From the NCBI GenBank assembly GCA_002269645.1, contig NIVC01000587.1, positions 310,001 through 374,000 of the forward strand: 64,000 nt of DNA. The letters are read 5' to 3'. Each line of letters starts with the position of its first letter. The first letter of the stretch is position 1. The position numbers were made by a program, and so were the translations under genes. The stretch is from Macrostomum lignano (Eukaryota). Positions 39,791-52,100 of this stretch are shown piece by piece. Below the pieces are notes generated by a model. That model made no database searches. It saw nothing but the letters and a program-made list of their open reading frames with translations, and had not been told where the DNA came from.

Positions 39791-40063
39791 ACCAAAAAAA
39801 CCAAAAGACTCATTATTAAAACGGATTTATCATAAGACAAAGAGCTTTACTTTACTTAAATTGGTAAAGTGCTCCTAAGGTGCTCCTAACTCAGCATTTT
39901 AGTCGTAGTTTAACTTACTTAATCACTTAATCAAATTTTTATTTATTTTTTAATCAATTTTTTACTTAATCAAATACTTAACCTAGTTAACAGCACAAAT
40001 AGTTATAAATAGTCAAAATACAAATAGTCAAATAGTTAACAGCACAGAAATTAAAAAAATGAT

Positions 40064-40676
40064 TCATTCTTCAACGACAGTGCTGCGGCTGCGGCTGCGG
40101 CTGCGGCTGCGGCTGCGGCTGCGGCTGCGGCGGCGAGGTAGGTCTCTGCACTCTGCCGCAATGTGGCCGCGCCGCAGGCAGAATCTGCAGAGTCCAACTG
40201 TGAAAAGAAAGCGATTAGATTTGTCAATATTAGTTTTGACGTATATTCACTTCACACGAAATGAGTGGTCAAACGAAAACTGATTTAGTCAAAACTACCC
40301 CTCTAAACAAACTCGTAATACAATTAACTTACGTGCGCGCATTTCGTCTCTCACAAATCGAGTTCGCGCTGAGCGCGAGTGTAGCTGCAGTTGATGCTGT
40401 TGCTGTTGCTGTTGCGGTTGTTGTTGTTGCTGTTGTTGTTGTTGCAGTTGTTGTTGTTGCTGTTGTTGTTGCTGCTCCTCTTGCTGTTGCTGCTGTTGCT
40501 GCATCGGCCAGGGTGCCGGTGGGAGAATAGGGGGTGGGTATGGGTTGGGATAGGGCATCCCAGTAGATGGGGGGGGGATAAAATACACCAGGAAATGGAT
40601 AGGGATAGGGATAGGGATAGGGATACGGATAGGGATTGGGATAACTTAGGTAGGGATTACTTAGGTACGGATTCAT
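40064..40676 (-). CDS. Helitron-borne Pro/Tyr-rich, polyQ, CCHC zinc-knuckle, RS-repeat protein (2 exons; needs one indel correction at G9 run 40569-40577)
   Basis: Exon 40676-40333 (donor GTAAGT) joins exon 40197-40064 (acceptor TTTTCACAG) in phase to give DEMRAL-GLCRFCLRRGHIAAECRDLPRR(RS)8TVVEE*. Exact CX2CX4HX4C spacing. Confidence 0.7.
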
Positions 40677-40899
40677 AGTACTGGAAAAAAGACTGGCGTG
40701 GGCTTTTAAACTTATTTTTTATTTTGTTCGGGCGTATAGTGAAATTGTTAAGAACAGAGTTGGTTATATATACTATAGTGTACAGTGGCCAAAACCAGAT
40801 AATGGCTGCCTGCTCCACCACCCCAAATTTGCTGTTTTTTCACCCCCAAATCTCTTGTTATCTCTAGCAATGATTGGCTCACCCTGTCGGCTTTTGATT

Positions 40900-41450
40900 C
40901 CTGAGTTATTTCTAACCAATCACCTAACTCCCCAGCCCAGCCTAATAATTAAGCCTATATTTTGTTTTCAGTGGACAATGAGGGTGAGACATCATACTTA
41001 ATCACCTCATTATTGATTTTATCTGGTGTCTCTCTACCTCTGTCGTGAAAATTTAGCTACAAAATGCACTTTTAAGTTTAAGTGTAAGTTTCAGTTTTGT
41101 TTTGTAAAAAATAACAAAAGTTATTATTATATAATTTGATATTATATCTGTTAGTATTTGTTCTTGTAGTCCAAAAAATCAATAACTTTCCGCGGCACGC
41201 GTAAACAGCCCAAATAAAGTAATTGCATGAAAAAAGTCTCAGCGATCCAGTTCGACCCAGCGGAGGGGTTGGCGCTGACTGCAGCCCCCAATCGACCCCA
41301 GCCTAAACCAGCGGACCAATCAGAGGCCACCAAAATTATAAAGGTGGCTAAAATTTACAAACAGGGGTGACTAAAAAATAGAATAGAGTGGACGGTAAGA
41401 AAAAGGCTATAACAGAAAGTCGAGATGCTGACCAATCAGACGGCAGCGAG
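40900..41450. promoter_or_regulatory. Candidate bidirectional promoter between the knuckle/RS gene and the RPA-like gene
   Basis: Divergent ATGs at 40676 (-) and 41610 (+); CCAATCA boxes near 40916, 41316 and 41432. Function inferred. Confidence 0.35.
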
Positions 41451-41609
41451 AAAATATTGAGAGTTGTTTTGGGACGAAGGGGTGGCTGCAGGGCTGCAAT
41501 ATATAATAAAAACAAACTGTAAATGCAGTAAACTTTTCGCCTCAACTGTTTCAAGTCAAGCATCACTTTTATCTACTTTTAACTTAGATTCTTTAAGTAA
41601 CGAAGAGAA

Positions 41610-43229
41610 ATGGAATCAAACCCTACGCCAGCCCAGAAGGTCAAATTCGGCATCTCTGCTCTTCTGCCCGGCTTGATGGATTCACCGGTCGTTGGTCTGA
41701 TAACGAGACTGACAAAAATCCACGCCTACGAGAACAACAAAGCTGGATCAGGCCAAGTGTTCTCCTTCACTTTGACTGACGAGACTGCAGACATCAGAGT
41801 GAGCGTTTTTGGCAAGGACCTGAAGTCATTGCTGGAAATGTGCCAAACGGTCGAGACAGTGCGCATTTCTGGAGGCTGGATCAAAAAGGCTGACCCAAGG
41901 TACAACACTACGGAAAACGAGTATGAGATGAGCGTCTCAGTTGACAAAAGCGGCACCATCATGACTTCAAACGAGACGGTCAACAGGCGTCCCCGGGACT
42001 ACAGGAGGATATCGGAAATTTCTGCATGCCAAATGAAAACGTAAATATCTTGCACTTTGTGCCTTTATTTTCTTTTATACATTTCCTCGTGCTTTGCTTT
42101 ACTTTAGGGTTACGGTTAGAGTTAGGCTGAGGTTAGGGTTAAAAGCTTGACCGATTTTTTAAGATTTCAAGGCTTAATGGGGAGGGGGCATCGATGAGAT
42201 GTCAAGGGGGGAAATTGATATGCTAAGGCTTGTGGGGGAATTGCTAACATGCCAAGGCTTACAAGGGACTGCTGAGGTATTGCAAAGAGACGCTACATGT
42301 AGTTTATTAAAAAACTTGTAATGCATTTTTTGGCTGCCCAACGGGGGGCGCTGATTGCTAGTCATTCAGCTAAATTTGCCCTACTCAAAAACTTTCACCG
42401 TACGACAGGAAAGTTGACGTTCGTGGCATCATTTCTGCAGTTGAGAAGCCAAAGGAAGTAAAAACTGGTGCCGGAAAGCTCGTCGATTTAGCAAAAGTTA
42501 CATCGTTGATCGGTCCGGGTCCTCTGTGTCCTGCACTTTTTGGGCCAGTTCTTCTGCGCAGGTGAATAATTGGTCTATCGGCGACATTCTCGCGATTCAT
42601 GGCTCTCAAGTCCAAGAGTACGCCCAGATGATAAGCCTCGGCTGTTCGCAAGCAGAAGTGCATCACTGGCCAGAAAATTCGCAAGAGTTCTCCGACCTAA
42701 CCGAGTGGTACAACGGCGCCACAGCTAGCCAGCAGCATTTCGAGGCTGTGCGAGCGACACAGATTCCACCACCTGAGCAGCAAGCATCACATGATGAAGA
42801 AATGACATTACACTACCCCGAACGAATGTTTCACCAGTTTAACAACATGCGAAGAATAAGACTGCGTTTCGGAAGCAAAGAGGTTAGTTTATTTCGAAAA
42901 TGTGTGTTCACTTTAGTTTAATCAAAGGCAGTTATTATTGTATACTTCTTATGAGTGTTCACTTCAATTTAATCAAAGACAGTTATAATTATATACTTTT
43001 CAAACCGAATCCCACTTCACAGGTAACATTTTCACGAGATTCGAACAGCTGGAATCAGCAGATGCCCACAGGCTCTACACATAGGCCTCTGTACACGAGT
43101 GACATGTCTCAGCAGAACAGCTGGAATCAGCAGGTACCCACAGGCTCTACACCTAGAACTCCGTACACTGGTGACTCGAGCACTCGAAATCAAGAATTTT
43201 TGACATCACCAGCAGAAGATGAAGACTAA
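41610..43229 (+). CDS. Helitron-borne RPA70-like ssDNA-binding protein (OB folds DBD-A and DBD-B, low-complexity tail), 3 exons
   Basis: Exons 41610-42040, 42409-42882 and 43023-43229 in phase. GSGQVFSFTLTDETADIRVSVF..NEYEMSV matches RPA1 DBD-A; KVDVRGII..IVDRSGSSVSCTFW..ILAIHGSQV..LTEWY matches DBD-B. One -1 slip at ~42500. Confidence 0.85.
42100..42361 (+). mobile_element. Second Helitron 3' terminus (non-autonomous derivative) in intron 1 of the RPA-like gene
   Basis: CCCAACGGGGGGCGCTGATTGCTAG|T matches the main element's end CCCAACGGGGGGCGAAGATTGCTAG|T at 23/25, in opposite orientation. GGGTTA-like repeats lie upstream; 5' boundary uncertain. Confidence 0.65.
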
Positions 43230-43237
43230 TTTTTTCT

Positions 43238-43430
43238 TTTTGAATTTCTTCAAACTGAATTCGAACAGATATCAATCAGAACATTTTTTCCTCAACCTCT
43301 ATTTCTGTGCTGTTGTCTTTTAACTTTCGCAAATTTTGAATTTCTTTAAACTGAATTCGAACAGATATCAATCAGAACATTTTTTACTCAACCTCATTTC
43401 TGTGCTGTTGTCTTTTAACTTTCGCAAATT
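43238..43430. repeat. ~96-bp tandem duplication downstream of the RPA-like stop
   Basis: Two near-identical copies of TTTTGAATTTCTTYAAACTGAATTCGAACAGATATC..TTTCGCAAA. Confidence 0.85.
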
Positions 43431-44231
43431 TATGCCTCAAAATGCAACTAAAGATATATTTAAGATCTAAAAATCCATTTTAAATTTGTAACTGTAGAAG
43501 GGCTTGAATAATATCACCTTTTTTACTTACAGTAGTAATAAGTAATAATCACGCAAAATTCGCTAGCAGTTTGACAAGTTTGAATATTTTTATTTGCATC
43601 AATTTGCGACGGAGCCTACGTCTTAAATTCGATAAATAAAAACGATTTCCGGGAAAACTTTTACCCAAGGCGTAGGCTCTGAATATTTGTCTTTGTCTTT
43701 ATTTTTCAACTGTTGTTAAACAGTCGGACAAAGGTTTATAGTAGAAGAAGATAATTTTTAAGATACAGGCTTTAACAGTATAATATTTAGATAATAAAAT
43801 AATAAGTAATACTAAAAAGAGCAAGTTTTAAATTTCGAATGCAATACGATGCATTGAAACTTCTTATTAATTCAAAAAGATAAATGAACGAGTAAGAACC
43901 GCTGAGCGTAGGGGAAAGAATAAAACGAAAGTTAGTGTTGTTTAGTAATAAACGAGTACAGTAATTTATTGATTTACCAATTTAATAGTTAAACAATATT
44001 CAAGCAGCCACTATAATATTGTAATATTATGCAAATCATGTAACAGTAAAGCTCACTTTCTCAAGGAAATTTTACGTTCATCTCTCCTTCTCGCTCAGAT
44101 TTTTAGTTTGGCTCTCTTTCGTTTGCACTTTCGCTTTTTCTTGGTTCTCCCTATTGTTGTCGTTTCTCAGCCAGTTCAAGAACTCTTTCTCAGCTTTGCA
44201 ATCATCATTTACTCTGCTTTCGCTGTGAATC

Positions 44232-45134
44232 CAGGGCGTCGCCAACAGAGGGGACATCTTTCCCTAGTAAAAGCTATACGGCCTCACCACCCAACCGTGT
44301 GACCCAATATTGAAATCAATAGTTTTCCTTCGGCAAAAAATATAGTGCCTGCAATTCTGCCGCATTAATAATGAAAACTAAGTACGTGCGGGACCAAAAT
44401 GAGTTTCTGCGGCGCTACAAGTAGTGCCAGCGCTTAAACGAGTGCCTGCGGCGCTAAAATGAGTGCCAGCGCCAAAATGAGTGCCTGCGGCGCTAAAATG
44501 AGTGCCTGCGGCGCCTAAATGAGTGCCTGCGGCGCTAAAATGAGTGCCTGCGGCGCTAAAATGAGTGCCAGCGCCAAAATGAGTGCCTGCGGCGCTAAAA
44601 TGAGTGCCTGCGGCGCTAAAATGAGTGCCAGCGCCAAAATGAGTGCCTGCGGCGCTAAAATGAGTGCCTGCGGCGCTAAAATGAGTTCCTGCGGTGCAAA
44701 AATGAGTGTCTGAGGCGCCAAAATAAGTGTCTGCCTGCGGCGCCAAAACGAGTGTCTGCGGTGCCAACATGAGTTTCTGTGGTGCCAAAATGAGTGTCCG
44801 CCTGCGGTGCCAAAATAAGTGTCTGCCTGCGGCGCCAAAACGAGTGTCTGCGGTGCCAAAATGAGTTTCTGTGGTACCAAAATGAGTGTCTGCGGTGCCA
44901 AAATGAGTTTCTGTGGTACAAAAATGAGTGTCTGCGGTGCCAAAATGAGTGTCTGCCGGCGACGCCAAAATGAGTGCTTGCGGTGCTAAAATGTGTGGCG
45001 TTTGTGGCGCTGGGATGAATGCCGGCTACGCCAAAATAAGCGCTGAAAAAACCGATTCTCAAAATAATGTAGGAATGCACATGTAGAATTCTTGGCTTTG
45101 TCTCCCCCACCATAAATTCCACGGCGGCGCCTTA
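44232..45134. mobile_element. Possible hAT-like non-autonomous element filled with a 21/18-bp minisatellite, nested in the Helitron
   Basis: Ends CAGGGCGTCGCC / GGCGGCGCCTTA; flanks TGTGAATC / AATGAATC (6/8). Internal (GCGGCGCTAAAATGAGTGCCT)n array at ~44400-44990. Confidence 0.5.
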
Positions 45135-46151
45135 AATGAATCCTTTGACCTTTCTGAAGTTTGCACTTTTCATTTTCTGCAATTTTGCATTACTCCTTGA
45201 CTCAGCTTTTGCAAAAATATTTTCTCAGCAATAATCCCATCTAACTCTAATTTTAAGTTAGATCTCTCGATCTCATTTATATTTTTGTTGGTCTCTTTCT
45301 TTCGCGCTAAGATTTTCTGTTCGGCTCTATTTCCTTAGCCTTTGCGCTTTGCCTCAGTCTATTCGTATTTATTGTTTCGCCAAAGATTAAGAAATGAAGT
45401 AAGACAAAAGCTTCATTCAGGGCCTTCGCCTTAGTTAAAATTGACATCTTGCGAGTTTCGTATATTATTCAACTTTCAATATATGGAAGACGAAGGCCCC
45501 GTCGCAAGTTGATGCAAATCGTTTTTTATGAGCTTACAGTCCACAGTTGTTACAGGTGACTTGAGATATTTTGGATTTTTGAAAAAAGACTGTCAATCGT
45601 AGTTTGCGTAAAAATTCACTCTAAATGTTAAGTTTTTGCACACCTTGGAAAACTAAAAACAAAATTGTTTCGTCTTTTGCATAAATTTGCGATATAAAGT
45701 AGGTAAAGTTAGTATTCGAATTATAATGAAATTTCAGGTGAAAAATAAAAGACAAATTAACTGCTCATCAAAGACTTAATTCATTCAAAGCAGTGCAAAA
45801 GAAGGTTTGTTTCAAAAGTTACTTTCGGCTAATATGAAATTGCCTTAAAGTACAAATTAACTGTAAAATGACTGTAAAAATTAATACAATGAATAAAATA
45901 AGCCTAATTGAGCTTCAACATTAAGTTCATCAGCTATTAGCTCGTACTCACTGCCATTGCAATATCTACGCTTCGTTAGAAATGAGGTTGGGGCAATAAG
46001 TTTCCTGCGATTCTTTTAGGAATGAGAGCTACCACTTTAGAGATATGGGGAAATAATTATTCTATTTTTCCTTAAAAATAAATAAATATACTTTCTAGCC
46101 TTTTGCATAAGGAAAATTATTGCTCACCCCTCATTTTTTACGATAAATAAA

Positions 46152-49100
46152 TTAGTCTTCAGTGAGAACTTCTGGAAACACAACGTTTCTGGTCCTTGTT
46201 CCCGGAATCCGGACGCGAACATTTGCCGCGTTCTTTGCTCGTGACAGCGCCGTGTACAGCTGGCCATGCGTGAAGCAACCGACTGACAGGTCAATGCCAA
46301 CTGTGTCCAGAGACTGTCCCTGCGACTTGTGAATCGTCAGGCAGAAACTCGGCTTCACAGGGAACTGCAGCCGCTTAAAACTGACGGGGAGGTCCGCATT
46401 GCTAGGAATCAGCGGGATTCGCGGCAGAAGAATCTCGTCTCCCGTGAACTGGCCGGCAGCAATCTTGCATCTAAGCACGTTCTCGCCCATTGCGAGTATG
46501 ATCAGCCGCGTACCATTGCACAATCGTGGCGGGTTGATGTTCCTGAGAAGAACTACTGGCATACCGACTTTTAGCCTCAGCAAGTGAATCGGAAAGTTCG
46601 GGGCATCCAGCTGGTTGAGCAACTCAGGCGGGAAGTGCGTAGCGGCATCCTCATCGGCCACACTGTCTATTGAGCGGTACTCCCGCAGGCTGCCGGGGAA
46701 CATGCCCAGGCACGTCTCGTTGATGGCATCCACTGAGTCATTGTACGGCGCCAGGATCGCTCGGCTTGCAAAGTAGCCGTCCCTCTCCACTGACGCCTCA
46801 AACGATGGGTACACAAAATTTATCAGATCATTGAGCGGCGCCTCCGCAGAAATGATGATCTCAGCAGGAAGAGACACTTTCTCCTCTGCATCCTGCTCAA
46901 TTGTTCCGGATCCGATCTGGGGGAGTTAAAAGGCAAATATTTAAAACGCTAGACAGACTTTGAGCTAGGCATTCTTGAATAAGCCACAATTTAAAAAAAT
47001 GGAGCTCTCAACACGAAAGAAACCGAATATCCTTAAGTCTTCTAATTAATAAACTGATGAAAACAAACTTACCTGCTTGAGTAGCTCGGTGTATCTCAAA
47101 TACGTTGCAGAATCGGAACTGCTCAGCAATCGGATGTTTCTTGTAAGGCGATGCCGCCGGAAAAATTTCCACAGTGGGGATCTGCTGACACACGCCATGA
47201 CGCTGTTGGCTCGAGTCCCGTGCACCACAACGGGCAGCAGCTGGCGAAAGTCCCCAGCGCAAACGAAAACCACTCCGCCGAATGGCACGTCCTGCTTCCG
47301 CACGTCTCGCAAGCACCGGTCGACGGCCTCCAAATCCTTCCGGTTTGTCATAGAAATCTCGTCCCAGACAATTAGACGCACTGTCCGAAATACAGCGGCC
47401 TGTTTGGACTGCGCTCCAACAGCGCACACGTCTTTGCTCGAACGGATCGCCCGAATTGGTATCTTGAACCTGGCATAGACAAATAGTTTACCATGCCGAA
47501 CATATTTACAGCACACGAAATATTTACAACTGCTTTTTGAAATATTGACAATAAATTACTCACGTTGAATGCGCCGTCTGTCCACCTGGCAAAAGAGTCG
47601 CTGCGATTCCAGAAGCCGCAACGGCGAGGGCGACTTCACCCCGGCTGCGCACGAAGGCTAGCAGAACCTCTAGCAGGAAGGTCTTGCCAGTGCCAGCAGG
47701 TGCGTCCAGGAAGTGCAAGCCGCTGGTGCCGTCCACAAGATTCTGAGTCACGGACTCGTACACCGCTTTCTGCTCATCTGTCAGCATTGGTAAGCGCGCC
47801 TCAGTAATCAGTGCCTGCTCAACCGTATCAAACTGCATTGGTCCATCTTGAGGTATCACGGAGGCCGCAGGCAGGCCGTACTCTGGCAGGCTTCTCCCGC
47901 CCATGGAGATCAGCATGCTCTGAAGCTCACGCAGCGCCAGGTCAGTAATCTCCTCGGTGCTCAAGTCTCGGTGGTGAAACCGCAGGTCCTCGCTGAGATC
48001 CTCGGCAAAACTGCACCAGAGGTCGCTGCCATCCTCAGGCTCACCCCATATGAGAATTACGGCCAGAAGATGTCTCAGGGCTCTTGGCATTCTTGACTGA
48101 ACGGCCTCAGCTAGACACCGCCGCCAGTGATCATCTCGCTGCAGCAGGCCAAGGGCCATGCAAGCAGCCTTGGCGCTCGGATGCACAACGCCGTCCACGG
48201 TCTGCAGCGCCTCGAAGCTAGTCGGTCCCCTAACATTCAAAAGGAGCATTCGAACATAAAATAAATCACCTGCTCTTGGACTCACCGTGTACATGCGTGC
48301 AACGTTTTTGTTCCGCACTACACCCGGATGGCCATCGACTCGCACACCCTGCTTGGCCCGCCGCCACTCTCTTTCGCTGGAGTGCCACACAAAGTAGGAC
48401 GGCACCTCCGTGTAGAGCAAGGACCCAGCAAATTCGTCAATACGGCACAGCTTGAAAAATGCCGTCAACGTCGAATCCTTCGGCGTTCTCGCTTTTGCTC
48501 TTGCGGTCCCCTCGTTGAAATACACGAGCTGCTCTTCCGACTTGTGAACGCAGAGTCGGATGACCGCCGGAAACCTGTTGTGCACCTGATCAGAAAGTGG
48601 AAGGAAAATATACAGCCTTCAAGTTTCGATGAAAATTCAATTTATACTATGACGAGGTGTTCACAGCTCTGGTTAAAATGAGCCAATAATAATTAGAATG
48701 CGAATTACTTCAAAGCCCAAGATGGTATTCACGGCTTCCATTGGACCAATGTAGCGCGCGGACAGGTACTCCTTAATCTCATCACGCGGCTTATTTCCTG
48801 TCGTTTGCGTCGGCTGCTGGTCACCCACTGCCTGCTCTCTCGGTTCAGTAGAATTCCTATTGGCATCGACTTTGAACGTCGCCATGTCGCCACCCTTTAA
48901 CAGGTACTTGATCACGTACTTGACCGACTTCACAGTGGCGCAAACTTCGACGTTCAAGTGGCACGCAAACTGGAGCAACAGGTCAGGGCTGTACGGAACG
49001 ACCCACCTGTTTTAATGAAAAAATAATATCATTAACTTTCAGAAACAAAAGCTGCAATGCACAACTAAGCAATATATTAGCGTTTGAACTTCCCTGTTGT

Positions 49101-52100
49101 CCATGCGAATGCTCCGGCCTTTGAAGAGTTTGTCCACTGTAAATCCGCCCATCTCAGGCGACAGTCTGCGGTACAGTGGGTAGCCAGTATCGCTGGTCAG
49201 CGTCACCTGCTGGAACTCTTTCGGAAAGCCCTTGCTGCATTCGCCATTCTCCATGCAAGGACACGCCGGATTCTCCTTGCCGCAGGGGCCATGGATCATG
49301 TGCGTCTTCACCAGCTCATACAGCACAGGCTGCTGCTCTGGGTCCGGAATCTCGGCAGACACGATGTCATCGTATCGGTCCGGAGTCACTCGCTGACCGC
49401 TCACGAGCCACAGCAGAAAGTGCACATGGGGAAGACCTGGAGCGTCAAAAAAGTATTAAAAAATATCACAAAACCTTTGTAAATCTAAATTTTAATAAAT
49501 CTTAAAACTTTGATTCTTGCAAGTCAGAATTTTTACTCACCACGCTTCTGGTACTCCAGTGAGCAAACGTGAGCGGCCTCTTTCCCATAGCGCTTGGTCA
49601 ACTGGGCCAGAAGAGCTTTCCTCTTCATTTCAAAGACTCGGCTAACAATGTCCGGCCGGTCTTCTGCCCGCTGTCCAGGCAGCAGCTGAGCGCTGATCTC
49701 CGGCCATTTCGGATTGCACGTTGCGGTGACAAACAGGTCCGGCTTACCGAACTTGTGAACATAGGTCATAGCGTCCTGTAGCCTCTCCATCAGGTACCTT
49801 GGCCCGCCAACGAAGCTCGAAGACAGAAGCACATGCGCGGGCTTGCCTATGTCACTCGGATCTCTGTCGGTAGACCTGCCATCAGCTGCAAACAGAGCGT
49901 CCCGCAGACCGCTGTATGTCTCGCTGCGCAGGTCCTGCTGATGGGTCCGCAAATACAGCAGCCTCTCTGCCTCAATCTTGGCACACATGTCCACCAAGTA
50001 CTGCTGAAATAATCTTCGGCCATAGTGCAGCACACTGAACTGGCCCGCTCGCACCATGATTTCGCTCGCATAGTATTTCATGGGCGTCAATTTCTTGCCA
50101 TTACTCATCAGCAACTCCGGGTGCCAGCCATCTTCGCCATTCGGGAACAGCAGCACATACTCCAGCGGGTCATATGAGCGGTGCGTCTCGCTGATTCTCT
50201 GGGAACCGCCACCACGCAGTTGAATCACGACGTCCCGACTGGCCGGCGTGTTCTCATTGTCCTCCACAATCAGGATACCGACCTCATTCGCCGTAGGCAA
50301 GTTGTAGCGCCTGATTTTGAACGGAGTTTGTGGGATACAGAGTCTGTACAAATTGGATAATTGGATAATTTATTACGCAAAATATCTTATTAGAATGTCT
50401 TGCAGACATACCGAATGTGTTCCCCAGATGGTCGACGGTCAGGGTGAATCACGATTCGCGCATCTCCCAACTCCGGATCTTGACTGATTCGATGAGCGAC
50501 TGCCCTCAGGCTGCGGACATAGCCGTTGCACTCGTGAAGCAGCGTCTGCAACAGCTCCAGTAGCTCCGGCTTCACCTTCTGGCTGAGACTCTGGCGGCTT
50601 TCAAGTTCGCGATCATTGAAATACACCTGCCAGCCATGGGGCTCAGCTGAATCCTCTGCAAACAGCGGCGCCGTGTTGTGATGCAACTGGCCGCTGATGA
50701 TGAAGCTGGGACACCAGCCTGGCACTAACCGCAGTTTTGCACCCAGCGATGTCAGGTGCAGCGCCGAGTTGTAACTCCGAATGTTGGTCAGGAACTCGGC
50801 ACTCAGTCTGTGCCGCCCCAGGTACAGATCCGCCAGCACTTGAGGCACGGTGCGGCTGGGCAGCTTCACCTTGCCTTTGGCGCAGCAGAAATTCCTCGTC
50901 TCAGAGCACCAAAGTAATGCACCGCATTGGTCGCATGCTCTGTCCATTGGGCCACAGTTATGGGCTGGCGCTTCAGGCCTGATAATCCGTTCTGGCCTGT
51001 GATTAGAAGGATTAGGATTAGGAAGGATTAATGGCAAACAGTTTTCCCAGTTAATCTTTCAGTTTACAAAAAAATTTATCGGAATAAAACAACTTGAGTT
51101 CGATGACAAATAATGACCACCAAACAAATGATGACCAGTCACACCAATGACCTACCTCTCTTGAGCAGGTCTTGCGCCAAAATGACCTGCACTCTGCTGA
51201 GTTAATCTTGGCTCCTCTGCATCTACAATGGGCTCAGAAACTGGAATCGGATTAGCAAATCGCAATGACTCATAATGCTCATGACGCAAAAGAATTCGGA
51301 CGATTGCAATCGGTGGCTGCAAAGGGGACATACAGTACTGCAGTACAGTGCCGTTTTCTTGATAAATCACCAGATCAACATTAAAACAACGGCTTAAAAG
51401 CGGAACAACTTCATCAGGCACATATGTGCCTTCAGAAAAAGAAGAATCAACAATGAAATCAGCATTTTCTGGCAAAACAAAGCCTTGTTCAATCAATTCT
51501 GGCATAATCTGCACTACACGGCTCGTCAGCTCGTGTCTTAAAGATGCCGCATCGGTCTCAAGTGGAGTGCCCTGCAACTGATCACAGACTGCATGAAAAA
51601 AACAGTTCCCATCACCAGGAATGCGAATTATGCGCAACGCATCAAAAGGTACCACAGACGGTGTGGCCAACTCACTACTATCAAACCTGGAATATAGGAA
51701 ATTAATTATACACAACTTCTTATACACAACTTATATATTCTATGCCATTCTACATTCTTACAAACCAGTCTAAAATGTAATTGCATTATAAACAAAGATT
51801 CTTAGAAAACGATTTTCATCAGTAAAAAATGCTTAACCGATTCTCATAAAAGAATTTTGTTATATTAGATACCTATCTCATAGATTTAAGATTCTTCGAA
51901 GCCGACTCACACATCAATATTTTTTAAAAACCATTGCATAACTTTATATTCTTAGAAACAGGCCGCAAAACTTGATATTTTTAGAAACCGAATTTAAATT
52001 TATTTTAATTGTAGATTCTATCTAAAATACTTATCTCATAAGTATAATTCCTGGAAGCCGATCTCAAAAATATGAGAAAAATTGCGTTTGAAAACTTAGA

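Noticed and set aside
42108-42142. Telomere (TTAGGG-like) repeats as a chromosome end or fusion scar
   Set aside because: Only a few degenerate units embedded in an intronic Helitron-like insert.
44378-45122. ADTHFG / APQALIL repeat ORFs inside the Helitron
   Set aside because: Translations of the 21-bp minisatellite, open in several frames.
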